This document shows positions 1 to 9,282 of a stretch of DNA of 64,000 nt, one piece after another. A program made the position numbers and the translations under genes. Under the pieces are notes generated by a model. That model ran no database searches, had not been told where the DNA came from, and saw nothing but the letters and a program-made list of their open reading frames with translations. The stretch's first letter is position 1. The number at the start of each line of letters is the position of its first letter. The DNA lies in IMG/VR virus record IMGVR_UViG_3300046459_000427, positions 1 to 64,000 of that record; one strand, given 5' to 3'. Source of the stretch: a virus.

Positions 1-122
1 GGCGCGGTATGAAGAAGCGGCGTATGGGGGCGCAGGTTCACCGCGTGAACGAAGAAGGGCCCCACCCCATGTGTATTCGGCATGGGATGGAGCCTATTCT
101 CCGGGCGGCCGGAAATGGTAAA

Positions 123-590
123 TCAGTCGACGCCGGTCGGGGAATCGAGGTCATGCTCGGGCGCGTAGGGGAAGTTGTTCAACACGCGGTTGATCCCTCG
201 GCCCGGGGACTTCCAGCGTTTCATGTTCCGCCAGACATTCGGTGGGACGTTGTAGTAGCCGTAGACCTGGCCATTTCGGAACCGTACCCGTAGCGTCTGA
301 GCATCCCTGTCATATCCTGCGGCAAGGGTCCTCGGACGCGGCGGATTGATGGAGGGGGTCGGCTGGTAGGGGAGGAGATCGAAATCGTCTCCGTCCTTGG
401 CCAACTGAATGGCGTCGGAGGTCTCCTGGCTAAGCACCCGGCGGGATCCTGCTCGGGCGGAGGGGTTGGTGTTGCTGGAGGGTATTTCGACGGCGGGCGC
501 TGGTGGGGTCAGATCCCCGAAGTCGAAGGACAACTGCTCGTAGGCATTGTTACGACTTCTCCCCCCGCCTCGGGGCTTTCTGGGTGCCAC
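123..590 (-). CDS. KTSC domain protein
   Basis: C-terminal AAGYDRDAQTLRVRFRNGQVYGYYNVPPNVW...SPGRGINR matches the KTSC pattern; disordered N-terminus with QLSFDF. Confidence 0.75.
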   Translation of the reverse strand: MAPRKPRGGGRSRNNAYEQLSFDFGDLTPPAPAVEIPSSNTNPSARAGSRRVLSQETSDAIQLAKDGDDFDLLPYQPTPSINPPRPRTLAAGYDRDAQTLRVRFRNGQVYGYYNVPPNVWRNMKRWKSPGRGINRVLNNFPYAPEHDLDSPTGVD

Positions 591-655
591 TGTGTCTCCT
601 TACAAAAACAGCCCCTGCCCCGGTGACGGGAAGCAGGGGCTGTCGGGTCCGGGGA

Positions 656-1054
656 TCAGGCCGGAACGTTGTCGACCGTGGAGGCCGTCGCCGGGGCCTT
701 GTCACCCGCGCCGGGGGCCGTGGAGGCCGCAGCGTTGATGGTGCCCTCGTAGACGGAGGTACCGGCGAGACGGTCGTCGGCCTCGGGGCCGCCGGGGTGC
801 TTGGCCGCCTCGTCGTCGGTCAGGACGATGAGACCGGCGTTCGCGGTCGCCGGGTCGATGCCAGCCGCGACCTGGAGGGCCGGGACGGGCAACTGCTTGG
901 CGACGAAGACCTGGCCGGGGACCGGGTCGGTGTTCTCGAACTTGGCGCCGCTCTGGACGGTCCAGCCGAGGTTGGGGGCGTCCCAGTCGGACGAACGGCC
1001 GGGGACGGGAGCGGGGACGGTGACCTGCTCGGCAGCGCTCTTGGATGCAGCCAC
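656..1054 (-). CDS. hypothetical protein (Ala/Pro-rich, possibly virion)
   Basis: RBS AGAGGAAG upstream of GTG, phage-like codon bias, hairpin downstream at ~608-643. Confidence 0.6.
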   Translation of the reverse strand: MAASKSAAEQVTVPAPVPGRSSDWDAPNLGWTVQSGAKFENTDPVPGQVFVAKQLPVPALQVAAGIDPATANAGLIVLTDDEAAKHPGGPEADDRLAGTSVYEGTINAAASTAPGAGDKAPATASTVDNVPA

Positions 1055-1227
1055 GTTTCTTCCTCTTTCGTACAGGGGTTAAGGGTTACCGGTTTTGCTG
1101 GACGGTCCAGCCCGGTTCCTTCACCGGACCCTCTTCGTCCTCTTCTCGATTATGAGGGCAATCAGGGCCGGAATAGACATGCTGACCCTCATGGAAGATG
1201 CAGCTCGTTACATACATGGGTGTGCTC

Positions 1228-1416
1228 CTACAGGGAACTGCCTGCCTCGGTAAATGAGCCTACCGGCATTCCTCCGGGACTTTCCCATGGCTGGCCTCCG
1301 GCGAATTGATCGGCGGATAGCAGGGCACTGCGGAGAGGGGATCCTCCGACGGTGAAGGCGTAGCCCCCTGCGTACGCGTCTCCGGTGGCGGGGATGGGCT
1401 CAGGCGTCTTGGGCAT
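1228..1416 (-). CDS. small hypothetical protein
   Basis: overlaps the stop of the upstream gene; GGAGGA RBS. Confidence 0.45.
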   Translation of the reverse strand: MPKTPEPIPATGDAYAGGYAFTVGGSPLRSALLSADQFAGGQPWESPGGMPVGSFTEAGSSL

Positions 1417-1606
1417 CGGGTTCCTCCCGGGCGGCGTCGAAGCCGGAGCGCAGGCGGGCCATCTTGCCCTTGTAGGTGCGCAGGCGGGACATGTGCTCGC
1501 AGGCCGACTCCACGATGGCGCCTACCTCTTCGAGGCAGCGGTCCACCAGGTCTTCGATGTCGGCGATGTCGTCGCGTGTCTCGCGGGTCTGGGGAAGCAG
1601 TGGCAT
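1400..1606 (-). CDS. small hypothetical coiled-coil protein
   Basis: TGATG coupling with upstream gene, AGGAG RBS. Confidence 0.55.
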   Translation of the reverse strand: MPLLPQTRETRDDIADIEDLVDRCLEEVGAIVESACEHMSRLRTYKGKMARLRSGFDAAREEPDAQDA

Positions 1607-1947
1607 CAGGGACTCCTCCTCCGGCGAGGCCGGGGGGTGGCGTCGCTCTGGAACAGGTCCAGGACGTCTTCGAGGACGTCCGTAACGGTTGCCTGTGCGG
1701 CGACGCTGTCCCTGGTGGCCTGCACCAGGTCTCGGGCGGTGGTCACCATCTGCTCGGCGAGGGGGACGACCTTTTCGGTCAGTGCCCGCAGGCGCCTGTT
1801 TTCTTCCACCTCACGGCGGTAGGCCTTACCCGAGACAACTACTTCGGTGACGAATACCGCGAAGATGAAAGCCGCGATCGGTCCGAGCACGAGCGGGTTG
1901 TCGACGGACAGCCCTCCGCTATCGGCCGATGCCAGAAAATCAAACAT
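1606..1947 (-). CDS. membrane protein, one TM helix plus coiled coil (holin-like)
   Basis: hydrophobic PLVLGPIAAFIFAVFVTEVVV followed by a charged helical tail. Confidence 0.55.
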   Translation of the reverse strand: MFDFLASADSGGLSVDNPLVLGPIAAFIFAVFVTEVVVSGKAYRREVEENRRLRALTEKVVPLAEQMVTTARDLVQATRDSVAAQATVTDVLEDVLDLFQSDATPRPRRRRSP

Positions 1948-2013
1948 CCCGGGTACCGCCCGTCGCTGTATTGTGCTTGCGACTTAATGGTACCCGGGAT
2001 GTTCTATTCGGTT

Positions 2014-2259
2014 TTAGTTGATATGAAGTCCGGACTTCTTGAGCTGATTTTTGGCCTTGACCCATCCGGGTCCGGCGCCGGTCAGTCCGCTAATGCAGAC
2101 CACCTTTCCGTCGGGGTCGACCCATCTGATGTGGTTTCCACCAGTTACTGTCACCTCCCAGTCTTCCTTGCGGGCCTTCCTGGCCGCCTTTTCGATTTCC
2201 TTGTCGGCTCCGAGTCGGTCAGAGCCGGTCTTGGCTACTGGCGCTCCCCTGCGGGCCAT
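2014..2259 (-). CDS. HicA-like mRNA interferase fold protein
   Basis: 81 aa, basic; WEVTVTGGNHIRWVDPDGKVVCIS resembles the HicA G-x-H motif. Confidence 0.55.
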   Translation of the reverse strand: MARRGAPVAKTGSDRLGADKEIEKAARKARKEDWEVTVTGGNHIRWVDPDGKVVCISGLTGAGPGWVKAKNQLKKSGLHIN

Positions 2260-2307
2260 CAGGTACTCCTCGGTGTTCTGTTAGGTCGTGCGTTTGTCTG
2301 CGCCTCC

Positions 2308-2337
2308 AGCATAGGGTGACGGGTTATCAGTTCGCAA
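2308..2337 (-). promoter_or_regulatory. HrdB/sigma70-type promoter TTGCGA-N18-TATGCT
   Basis: read on minus strand upstream of 2259. Confidence 0.55.
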
Positions 2338-2558
2338 GCGATTGAGTGAATCCGCTTGACGTGACCTAGGCCACAAACGGCTTGGTTACCCTTGACTCAC
2401 CTAGGTGTAGCACTCAGCTAACTGGGGGGGGGTGCTCCCCGTCTGACATCCGGCCGCCATGGCAGCGCGAAGCCCCGACTGCCAGTGTCGCAGCCGGGGC
2501 TAGGTACCGCGAGGATCAGGCCTTGGCCCGACGGGGTCGGCTCATGTTGCTCTCCTGC

Positions 2559-3701
2559 CTACTTGCCAACGGTCTTCCTGCGGCGCAGCGGGTCCTTGCG
2601 CTGGGCATCGACGGGGACGATCTGTGTGGGGGCGTCCTGGCCTTCCGGCAGGTCCTCCAGCTTCGTCCAGTACGGCTCGACCCAGACGGTGGTGGTCTGT
2701 GTGCGCTGGCCGGACTTGCCGGGCCCGACCCAGACGGTCCTGAAGTGCCCGGCGCGGTGCTGCGGGCCGTACTCGACGCCGGAGGGGATGGAGATCCCGG
2801 AGCGGTCGGCGGATGCGGCGCGCTGGCGGGCGGTGTGGAGCTGGGGGCCGACGTACCAGCCGACGCGGACCCAGAAGGGGTCGCGCTCTCTGGGCTTGCG
2901 GTTCTTGCCGGTCTTCTTCTTGCGCTGCGCCGTGGTCCACTCCGGGGGGTTTTTGATGTCCCGGTTGTCGGTGCAGAGGTAGGTGAGGACGGCGAAGGCC
3001 TTCTGGAGGATGGGGCGGAAGGTCTTGACGGCGTCGCTGCGGTCCTTGCCGTCGGCGCTTCCGCCCTGCCACTCCTCGGCGAAGTGGATGGCCTCGTCGG
3101 CGGTGAAGGTCTTCTTGTCCATGGGCAGCGGGATGAGGTCCCGGAACTCTCCGGGGACGATCTCGCCGGTCTCCTCGTCGACCACGTCGTAGCAGAAGAG
3201 GATCGCCATGCCGTCGCGGTCGGGGTCGTTGGAGCTGCACAGGCCCTTGCCGGAGATGCCGACGATGAAGAAGCACCGAACGTATCCCTCGGCGAAGCCT
3301 CCCCGGCCCTTTCCGACGGGCCAGGGGTCGGGGATGACGACCATGGGGTTGATGTGGGGCAGCTTGTTGAACAGGTCGCCGGGGACCTTGCTCATCTTGG
3401 AGCGGTAGAGGGCGTCGGCCAGCTCGTGGTGGAGGTCGTAGACGACCCGGCCGTTGCGCTTCCACAGCTCGCTCACGGCGATCTCGCCCATGAGGTCGCC
3501 GGTCCGCTCCAGGGTGGCCGCGTCGAACTGCTGGCGGTCCTGGAGGTCCCAGCCGGGGGCGATCCCCCGCGTCATCGAGTCGATCCCCCGCGCGATCTTC
3601 GGGATGCTCCGCAGCTCCTGCGAGGCCTCGGTGAGCTTGTCCACGTGCGCCATGGCCGCCCTGTGCGCCTCGGCTGCACGGTTGGTCCTGTCCTGTGCCA
3701 T
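2559..3701 (-). CDS. conserved phage protein with AcrVA2-like C-terminal HxxGHxR...GPG...W motif
   Basis: QHRAGHFRTVWVGPG...VWVEPYW; own promoter and terminator. Confidence 0.5.
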   Translation of the reverse strand: MAQDRTNRAAEAHRAAMAHVDKLTEASQELRSIPKIARGIDSMTRGIAPGWDLQDRQQFDAATLERTGDLMGEIAVSELWKRNGRVVYDLHHELADALYRSKMSKVPGDLFNKLPHINPMVVIPDPWPVGKGRGGFAEGYVRCFFIVGISGKGLCSSNDPDRDGMAILFCYDVVDEETGEIVPGEFRDLIPLPMDKKTFTADEAIHFAEEWQGGSADGKDRSDAVKTFRPILQKAFAVLTYLCTDNRDIKNPPEWTTAQRKKKTGKNRKPRERDPFWVRVGWYVGPQLHTARQRAASADRSGISIPSGVEYGPQHRAGHFRTVWVGPGKSGQRTQTTTVWVEPYWTKLEDLPEGQDAPTQIVPVDAQRKDPLRRRKTVGK

Positions 3702-3736
3702 CGGTCCCTCCCTGACGTGCAAATCCTACGGGCAAG

Positions 3737-3765
3737 AACCTACCCATCCCCTGAAGCGTTGTCAA
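3737..3765 (-). promoter_or_regulatory. promoter TTGACA-N17-TAGGTT
   Basis: near-consensus housekeeping sigma promoter. Confidence 0.75.
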
Positions 3766-3896
3766 GCGATCTCATCGGATTACTTGACGATTGAATCCGG
3801 GCAGCACGAAGCCCCGGCCACTGCCACGGGGGGAGCAGTACGCCGGGGCTTCCTTCCGTACCGGTCAGCGCCACGGAGAGCCGACCGATGCGGGAC

Positions 3897-4190
3897 CTAG
3901 ACCCGCTCTGCTGGCTCGGCCCGTCCAGGGCTCGGCACCAGCGGCGCGGGAGGTTCGGGCGGGCCGTCCTCGTGACGTACGACCCGGTAGTAGTTCGTGG
4001 TGGTCAGCCGGAAACCGAAGTGAGACTTCCGGCCCGCGTGCTTGAGGGCCCACGTCTGGCACTCATCGAACGGGAGGCATCCGGAGGATTCGCTGCACGT
4101 CGTGCACTCCATCTCCTCCATGTCGCGCTCAGCCTGGGGCTCCAGGCCGATCGAGTGGTTGACGAAGCGGGAAACGGATTTCACCACCAC
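3897..4190 (-). CDS. Streptomyces-type Zn-binding small protein (CxxC...WALKH...H)
   Basis: MECTTCSESS...QTWALKHAGRKSH; a type usually found beside XRE/DUF397 loci. Confidence 0.55.
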   Translation of the reverse strand: MVVKSVSRFVNHSIGLEPQAERDMEEMECTTCSESSGCLPFDECQTWALKHAGRKSHFGFRLTTTNYYRVVRHEDGPPEPPAPLVPSPGRAEPAERV

Positions 4191-4420
4191 AGTGCACCTC
4201 TGCTCTTCGCGTTGGCCTCCGCCACCGCAGGACTCAGCGTCTCAGCCGTGGTCGGCTCACGCAGGTCGGCCTTCGAGACCCACCACTCCACACCGCCGGA
4301 CGTCTTACGCAGGACGCACTGCGTTTCGCCGATCTCCATGACCTCGCCCACGCATTCCCTGGTCTCGTCATACGCCAGTGTGTTCAGCTCGGGCTCGTAC
4401 CACTGCTCAGGCACTGACAT
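4181..4420 (-). CDS. small Streptomyces-type hypothetical protein
   Basis: VGEVMEI...LRKTSGGVEWW; overlaps neighbours as an operon. Confidence 0.55.
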   Translation of the reverse strand: MSVPEQWYEPELNTLAYDETRECVGEVMEIGETQCVLRKTSGGVEWWVSKADLREPTTAETLSPAVAEANAKSRGALWW

Positions 4421-4730
4421 TCACCTCCCTCTCGGACGCCGCGACCTTCTCGCGCAGCTCCACCAGCTCGGTCAGGCGGGCCGCCAGATCCTGGGCAACG
4501 TCCGGCCGACACCGGCCGAGGTCGACCAGTGGGCTGTCTATGGCGGAGTACTCCCGGCTGAGCGAGGGGAACGTGACGCCCACTGCCGCAAGGGCTTCCT
4601 TGAGCGCCTGGACGGCGTCGTTGGCTTCCTTGCTGGACCACCTGGTGGGCGGCACTGCCCGCTTCTTCGCTCTCATCCCAGCCATCTGCGTCTCCTTCGC
4701 CACGCCGCAGTCGATGCCCAACGCCTGCAA
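4407..4730 (-). CDS. Streptomyces-type hypothetical protein (LAAVGVTFPSL...LVDLGRC); start uncertain
   Basis: motif typical of genes divergent from XRE regulators. Confidence 0.55.
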   Translation of the reverse strand: MQALGIDCGVAKETQMAGMRAKKRAVPPTRWSSKEANDAVQALKEALAAVGVTFPSLSREYSAIDSPLVDLGRCRPDVAQDLAARLTELVELREKVAASEREVNVSA

Positions 4731-4911
4731 ACCGAACAGCAGTTGGAAAAGGCAGTGACCGTGTCACCACCCTGCGCTAGTAGCATCCTCCGCATCGGCC
4801 TGTCACGCAAGTGCATGAGACCGGCAAGTGCACGAGAGAGTGAAGGCTGTTCCGTGGCGAGAGGGGGTGGCAGACTGTGAGGCAGTACCCGCAACCAGGG
4901 AGGGGGGCCCG

Positions 4912-5772
4912 TTGTCCAGTCCGACCGTGCTGAAGCGACGGCTGGGTGCCGAGCTGCGCAAGATGCGCCGTGCTCGGAACCTGACCACTGCGCAGGTCGC
5001 CAAGGAATTGGGCTGGTCCGAGTCCAAGGTCAGCCGCATCGAGACGGGCAAGTCTCCGCTGTCTGACCAGGATGCCAAACTTCTGCTTGCGCAGTACGGC
5101 GTTGAGAATTCCGATGAGGTCCGGCAGTTCATCGCGTTGACTCGCAAGAGCCGACAGAACGGCTGGTGGCACTCCTTCGGCGATGCGCTGCCGGAGTGGT
5201 TCAAGCCCTACCTGGGGTTCGAGTCGGACGCTGCATCGATCTGGACGTACCAGAACGAACTGGTGCCCGGACTGCTTCAAACGCTCAGATACGCGCAGGC
5301 CGTGATCCGGTCAACGGAGCTGGACTTCTCTGCCGAAGAGGTGGAGACCCGTGCAAGTGCGCGAGTCCAGCGGCAGGAAATCCTGACCTCCGATGCACCC
5401 CCCAAGGTCTGGGCGGTCCTCAACGAAGCGGTGATCCGCCGGATCGTAGGCTCGCCTGGCATCATGCAGGAGCAGTTGAACGCACTGGCGGACGTAGCGG
5501 AGGCGCTTCCCAATGTCACTGTCCAGGTACTGCCGTTCGACGCCGGGGCCCACGTCTCGATGGGCTACAGCTTCTCCTATCTGTCCTTCGAGGACGTCCC
5601 CGGCTCCATCGTCTACGCGGAAGGGATCACAAGCGGCACGTACTTCGACAAGCCATCCGACCTGAGCCGTCACGAGGACATGTTCCAGCGGCTGGTAGCC
5701 GCGTCCGAGCGGCCCGAAAAGTCCATTGACCTGATCAGAAACATCGCAGAGGAATACAGCCATGCAGGGTAA
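4912..5772 (+). CDS. XRE-family HTH regulator with DUF5753 domain (WhiJ/Scr1-like)
   Basis: RRLGAELRKMR...SKVSRIETG, WWHSF, VPGLLQT..YA, AVLNEAVIRR, QVLPFDAGAH. Confidence 0.9.
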   Translation: MSSPTVLKRRLGAELRKMRRARNLTTAQVAKELGWSESKVSRIETGKSPLSDQDAKLLLAQYGVENSDEVRQFIALTRKSRQNGWWHSFGDALPEWFKPYLGFESDAASIWTYQNELVPGLLQTLRYAQAVIRSTELDFSAEEVETRASARVQRQEILTSDAPPKVWAVLNEAVIRRIVGSPGIMQEQLNALADVAEALPNVTVQVLPFDAGAHVSMGYSFSYLSFEDVPGSIVYAEGITSGTYFDKPSDLSRHEDMFQRLVAASERPEKSIDLIRNIAEEYSHAG

Positions 5773-5962
5773 CCAGGACCTCGTATTCGTCAAGAGCAGC
5801 TTCAGCAACGGCACGGCCGAGTGTGTCGAGGTCGCCGTTACGGCCGACGGCGGCCGGGCTGTCCGCGACTCCAAGAACCCCCAGGGCCCGGTGCACTTCT
5901 TCACCCCGGGTGAGTGGACCGCATTCATCAAGGGAGCGAAGGCCGGAGAGTTCGACGCCTGA
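5762..5962 (+). CDS. DUF397 domain protein (Scr2-like)
   Basis: KSSFS..ECVEVA...AVRDSKNPQGP...WTAFI. Confidence 0.92.
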   Translation: MQGNQDLVFVKSSFSNGTAECVEVAVTADGGRAVRDSKNPQGPVHFFTPGEWTAFIKGAKAGEFDA

Positions 5963-5978
5963 TCCGCCAGAGCACGCA

Positions 5979-6015
5979 GAAAGCCCCTGGCTCCTCATGG
6001 GAGTCGGGGGCTTCC
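5979..6015. terminator. bidirectional hairpin terminator
   Basis: AAGCCCC..GGGGCTT stem between convergent genes. Confidence 0.6.
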
Positions 6016-6022
6016 TCATGTC

Positions 6023-6532
6023 CTACAGCCACTCTCCGGTGATGGCGCCGTGGACGTCGGCCTCGCGGTAGGTGCCGGGCTTGAGGATCTTGCCGTCCTC
6101 GCGGCGGATCACCTGGCCGTCCGGGCCGACCTTGCTCATGTTACTTCTGTGTACTTCGGCGAATACGGACTCCAGCGGGATGTCGAGGAGTTGCGCGGTG
6201 CCGTAGACGACGTACAGGACGTCGGCGAGTTCCTTGGCCAGGGCCTCGTACCAGCGCGGTCCCTCGACGACGTGGAGGCCGGTTACGGCGCTCTCCGGGT
6301 GGGCCTCGAAGTGCTCGTCCATGATCTGGGCCTTACGGTAGTTCAGCAGGGCCTCCAGGGCCTCCTGAACCTCCTCGGTGATGAGGGTGGACCGCAGGGC
6401 GATCAGGTCGTCCCGTCCGGCGTCGTCACACTCGATGAAGGGCTTCTCCCCCACGGCGCGGTGCCACTGTCCCAGCGCCCGCATGGGGCGGTGGGTGGAG
6501 GTATGAAGCAGGGTCTTCGGGATGCTGCGCAA
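6023..6532 (-). CDS. MazG-like/PRA-PH nucleotide pyrophosphohydrolase
   Basis: LITEEVQE, KELADVLYVVYG, EVHRSNMSK, REDGKILKP. Confidence 0.85.
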   Translation of the reverse strand: MRSIPKTLLHTSTHRPMRALGQWHRAVGEKPFIECDDAGRDDLIALRSTLITEEVQEALEALLNYRKAQIMDEHFEAHPESAVTGLHVVEGPRWYEALAKELADVLYVVYGTAQLLDIPLESVFAEVHRSNMSKVGPDGQVIRREDGKILKPGTYREADVHGAITGEWL

Positions 6533-6540
6533 GGGTTCTC

Positions 6541-7035
6541 CTAGAAGGTTTCGGCGATGTCGCCGGGGTCGACGGCCAGCGGCAGGCGTCCGTCGTCGAA
6601 GAGGTGGATGCCGTTTCGGGAGTAGGCCAGGTCGCACAACTGGGCGCACTGGAGCCGGTCCTGCCGGGCGATGCGCTGGGCCACCCGGTCGCTCCAGATA
6701 CCGAAGAACCGCAGTCCGAGTGCGATGTCGTCGAGCCAGTTGTAGCCGATGCCCTTGCCGTTGTTGGCCTGGGCGAAGCCGAGTGCGGTCTCCCAGATGG
6801 CCAGCCGCGTCTCGTCGGGTATGACCTTGTCGCTGTTGTACTTCGCCTTGGGGTACATCGAGACGTGACCGAGGCGGGCGCCGCCCGGCTGGGCCTCGAC
6901 GAGGAGACCGGCCGGGCCGACGATGAAGGCGTGGTTGTAGCGGGAGAAGGTCATCAGACGGATGCCCCAGCCGATGATCCCGCCGGTCGCGGTGACCCCG
7001 ATGGATCCGATCGGGGGCATGGTTCCCTTAGCCAT
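6541..7035 (-). CDS. permuted papain-like (NlpC/P60, YiiX-type) amidase
   Basis: SRYNHAFI (His) precedes GYNW...LQCAQL (Cys). Confidence 0.7.
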   Translation of the reverse strand: MAKGTMPPIGSIGVTATGGIIGWGIRLMTFSRYNHAFIVGPAGLLVEAQPGGARLGHVSMYPKAKYNSDKVIPDETRLAIWETALGFAQANNGKGIGYNWLDDIALGLRFFGIWSDRVAQRIARQDRLQCAQLCDLAYSRNGIHLFDDGRLPLAVDPGDIAETF

Positions 7036-7306
7036 CCTGGCGGTCCTCCGGCTCCTGCTCGTCCGTCTTGGCCGGGCGTGCGCTGAGGGAGTCGTACCAG
7101 GCGATGTAGTCGCCGAGCAGGCCGCTCTTGGAGCGCTGGCCGTAGGAGAACGGGCCGAGGCCGTAGTTGTAGCGGAGCGGGCCGTAGGGGTAGCCGTCGG
7201 CGTCCCGCTCGACCACGGTGGTGACGGTCCTGGAGAACTCGCTCCAGTTGCCGTCCTTGTCCTTCTCGCTGTGGACCACGGTGGTGGTTGTCGTCTTACG
7301 CGACAC
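7028..7306 (-). CDS. hypothetical protein
   Basis: coupled to neighbours, GGAGGA RBS. Confidence 0.5.
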   Translation of the reverse strand: MSRKTTTTTVVHSEKDKDGNWSEFSRTVTTVVERDADGYPYGPLRYNYGLGPFSYGQRSKSGLLGDYIAWYDSLSARPAKTDEQEPEDRQDG

Positions 7307-7490
7307 TGTCTTCCTCCAGGTTGTACTTGCCGTAGAAGTCGATGTGCAGGCTGTCGTTGTTCTGCGCGCGCTCCAGCCAGCGGTCGGCGAAGACCTGGCG
7401 GGCGTAGAAGAAGGTCTTGGCGGTCCAGGCGCCGTCCTTGTTGATCAGCACCCGGACCTTCCACAGATGGTTGTCCCTAGGCGTTCGCAC
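7296..7490 (-). CDS. hypothetical protein
   Basis: codon bias, operon packing. Confidence 0.5.
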   Translation of the reverse strand: MRTPRDNHLWKVRVLINKDGAWTAKTFFYARQVFADRWLERAQNNDSLHIDFYGKYNLEEDSVA

Positions 7491-7803
7491 CAGCAGCCCC
7501 TCCGGGCAAGATATGAAGCGCGCCGGGCTGGTCGAGGGACATGAAGGGGTCGGCCAACTGGACGGCTACCTGGCAGAAGGCGTTGCCGATGGCCTCCTGG
7601 ACGCCGCCGAGGCCTTCGAGGGTGTTGGCCAGTTCCAGGAGGGTGCCGACGACGTCCTTGATCGCGACGAAGTACTCGCCGTCGTCGTCCTGGATGTAGC
7701 GGTAGGACGCCTCGTGCTCGGACGTGGTCTCGGTGAGGATGCTCAAGGGGGTCTCCAGGGTCGTGGTGGTGGTGGGGGGCTTACAACCAGATGCGGTACT
7801 CAC
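7477..7803 (-). CDS. hypothetical protein
   Basis: codon bias, operon packing. Confidence 0.5.
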   Translation of the reverse strand: MSTASGCKPPTTTTTLETPLSILTETTSEHEASYRYIQDDDGEYFVAIKDVVGTLLELANTLEGLGGVQEAIGNAFCQVAVQLADPFMSLDQPGALHILPGGAAGANA

Positions 7804-9016
7804 TGGTGACGCGGCCCTTCTCGGGGTTGATGAAGTGCAGGCGCTGGGAGGGGTCTCCCGTGGCCGCCACGAATTCGTGGGCGTAGATGTTGTCCGATTC
7901 CGGTGAACCGGTCATGTAGACCGAGCCTCCGTTGGCCAACTGCAACTGCATGGACTGGTGGTAGTGGCCGATGTAGAGGTCGCGGAAGGCCGGGAGGACG
8001 CCGGAGGCCCACTGGTTGGCCTTGCGGAGGATGCCGTAGGCAGGGATGTTGCCGCCGAAGGACTTGATCTCGTCGCCGTGGATCGCCATCGCGGAGTAGT
8101 TGCCGATGGTGAAGTGCTGGTACCAGTCCCCCGACGTCTGGAACTTCGTCAGCCGGGGCTCGTCGGCCAGGCGCTCCTTGACTATGTTGTAGACCATGCG
8201 GTCGACGTTGTCGGAGGCCTTGATGCCGTCCGACTTCTTGCCGAGGCGGCCGTGGTTGCCGTACTCGGCGATGACCTCCACCGTCTCGTAGGTATGAAGC
8301 GCCTGCTTGATCGTCCAGATCATCAGGTCGGCGACGTCGAACATCTGCTCGTACAGGGTGCCGTCGAGTTCCCAGACCTGGCCCGGGAAGATGCTCACGC
8401 CTTCGACAAGGTCTCCAGTGAAGAGCAGGACGCCGTGCTTGACCGGATGGTCGGCGCGCTGGATCTCCGTGATCTCGTTGGCCTTCTCGACGTAGCGCAT
8501 GATGCGGGTCCGCATGATGGTGCGGTCGTACGTGATGGTCTTCTTGCCGCCCTGCCAGTCCGTGAGGTGCCACAGAGCGACCTCGGACGGCTTGGTGCGC
8601 CGGTCCCGCGCCGGAGGCTCGACGGGGCTCGCTCCGACGTACTGCGCGGCGTCGCTGGCTGCGCGGTAGACGGCCTCGATGTACTCGTCTCCGCGCGCCT
8701 TCGCCTTCTTGAACTGCTGGAACAGTCGGCGGTTGTCGGCCTCCAGGGCCTGGATCCGCTCGATCTGTTCCTCGTTCTCGGCCACTGCCTCGGCCGTGCC
8801 CTCCTCGGGCAGGGTATGAAGCGACTTCTCCTTGCCCGTCCCGACGAGGACCGCGCGCTTGTAGCCGTTGGCCTTGCGCCAGCGCCGGACGGCGGTCTCG
8901 GAGGTCTCCACACCGTTGAAGTTGAGGTCGTCGGACGCGGCCTGGTGACCGACGTTGGCGTCCATCAGGATCTCGCGGACCCAGTCGACCTCGATGTACT
9001 CGGCGAGCGTGCTCAA
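7781..9016 (-). CDS. calcineurin-like metallophosphoesterase with N-terminal HTH/coiled coil
   Basis: TDWQ, TGDLVEG, GNHGR, HGD and GHYH motifs. Confidence 0.85.
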   Translation of the reverse strand: MSTLAEYIEVDWVREILMDANVGHQAASDDLNFNGVETSETAVRRWRKANGYKRAVLVGTGKEKSLHTLPEEGTAEAVAENEEQIERIQALEADNRRLFQQFKKAKARGDEYIEAVYRAASDAAQYVGASPVEPPARDRRTKPSEVALWHLTDWQGGKKTITYDRTIMRTRIMRYVEKANEITEIQRADHPVKHGVLLFTGDLVEGVSIFPGQVWELDGTLYEQMFDVADLMIWTIKQALHTYETVEVIAEYGNHGRLGKKSDGIKASDNVDRMVYNIVKERLADEPRLTKFQTSGDWYQHFTIGNYSAMAIHGDEIKSFGGNIPAYGILRKANQWASGVLPAFRDLYIGHYHQSMQLQLANGGSVYMTGSPESDNIYAHEFVAATGDPSQRLHFINPEKGRVTSEYRIWL

Positions 9017-9282
9017 GGGGTGTTCCTCTCGGAGGCGATGGTGGTTGCCGGACCGTTCCCGGTCCGACGTTCAGTACGCTATCAGGGTTATCGCTTCTTT
9101 GACAACACTCACTTCTGAAGTGAAGCCGTTTCACTGCTGGACTCACCTGTCCCGGGGGGTTCGCACACGCTCGTCATACCAGGTCAGAGTAGGTACCCAC
9201 TTAGACTGGGAGTCTTCCAAAGCGATAACAAAGAAGACCCCGGCCACTGTTCGTGAGCCGGGGCTGAAGTCTGGGGTAGGTC

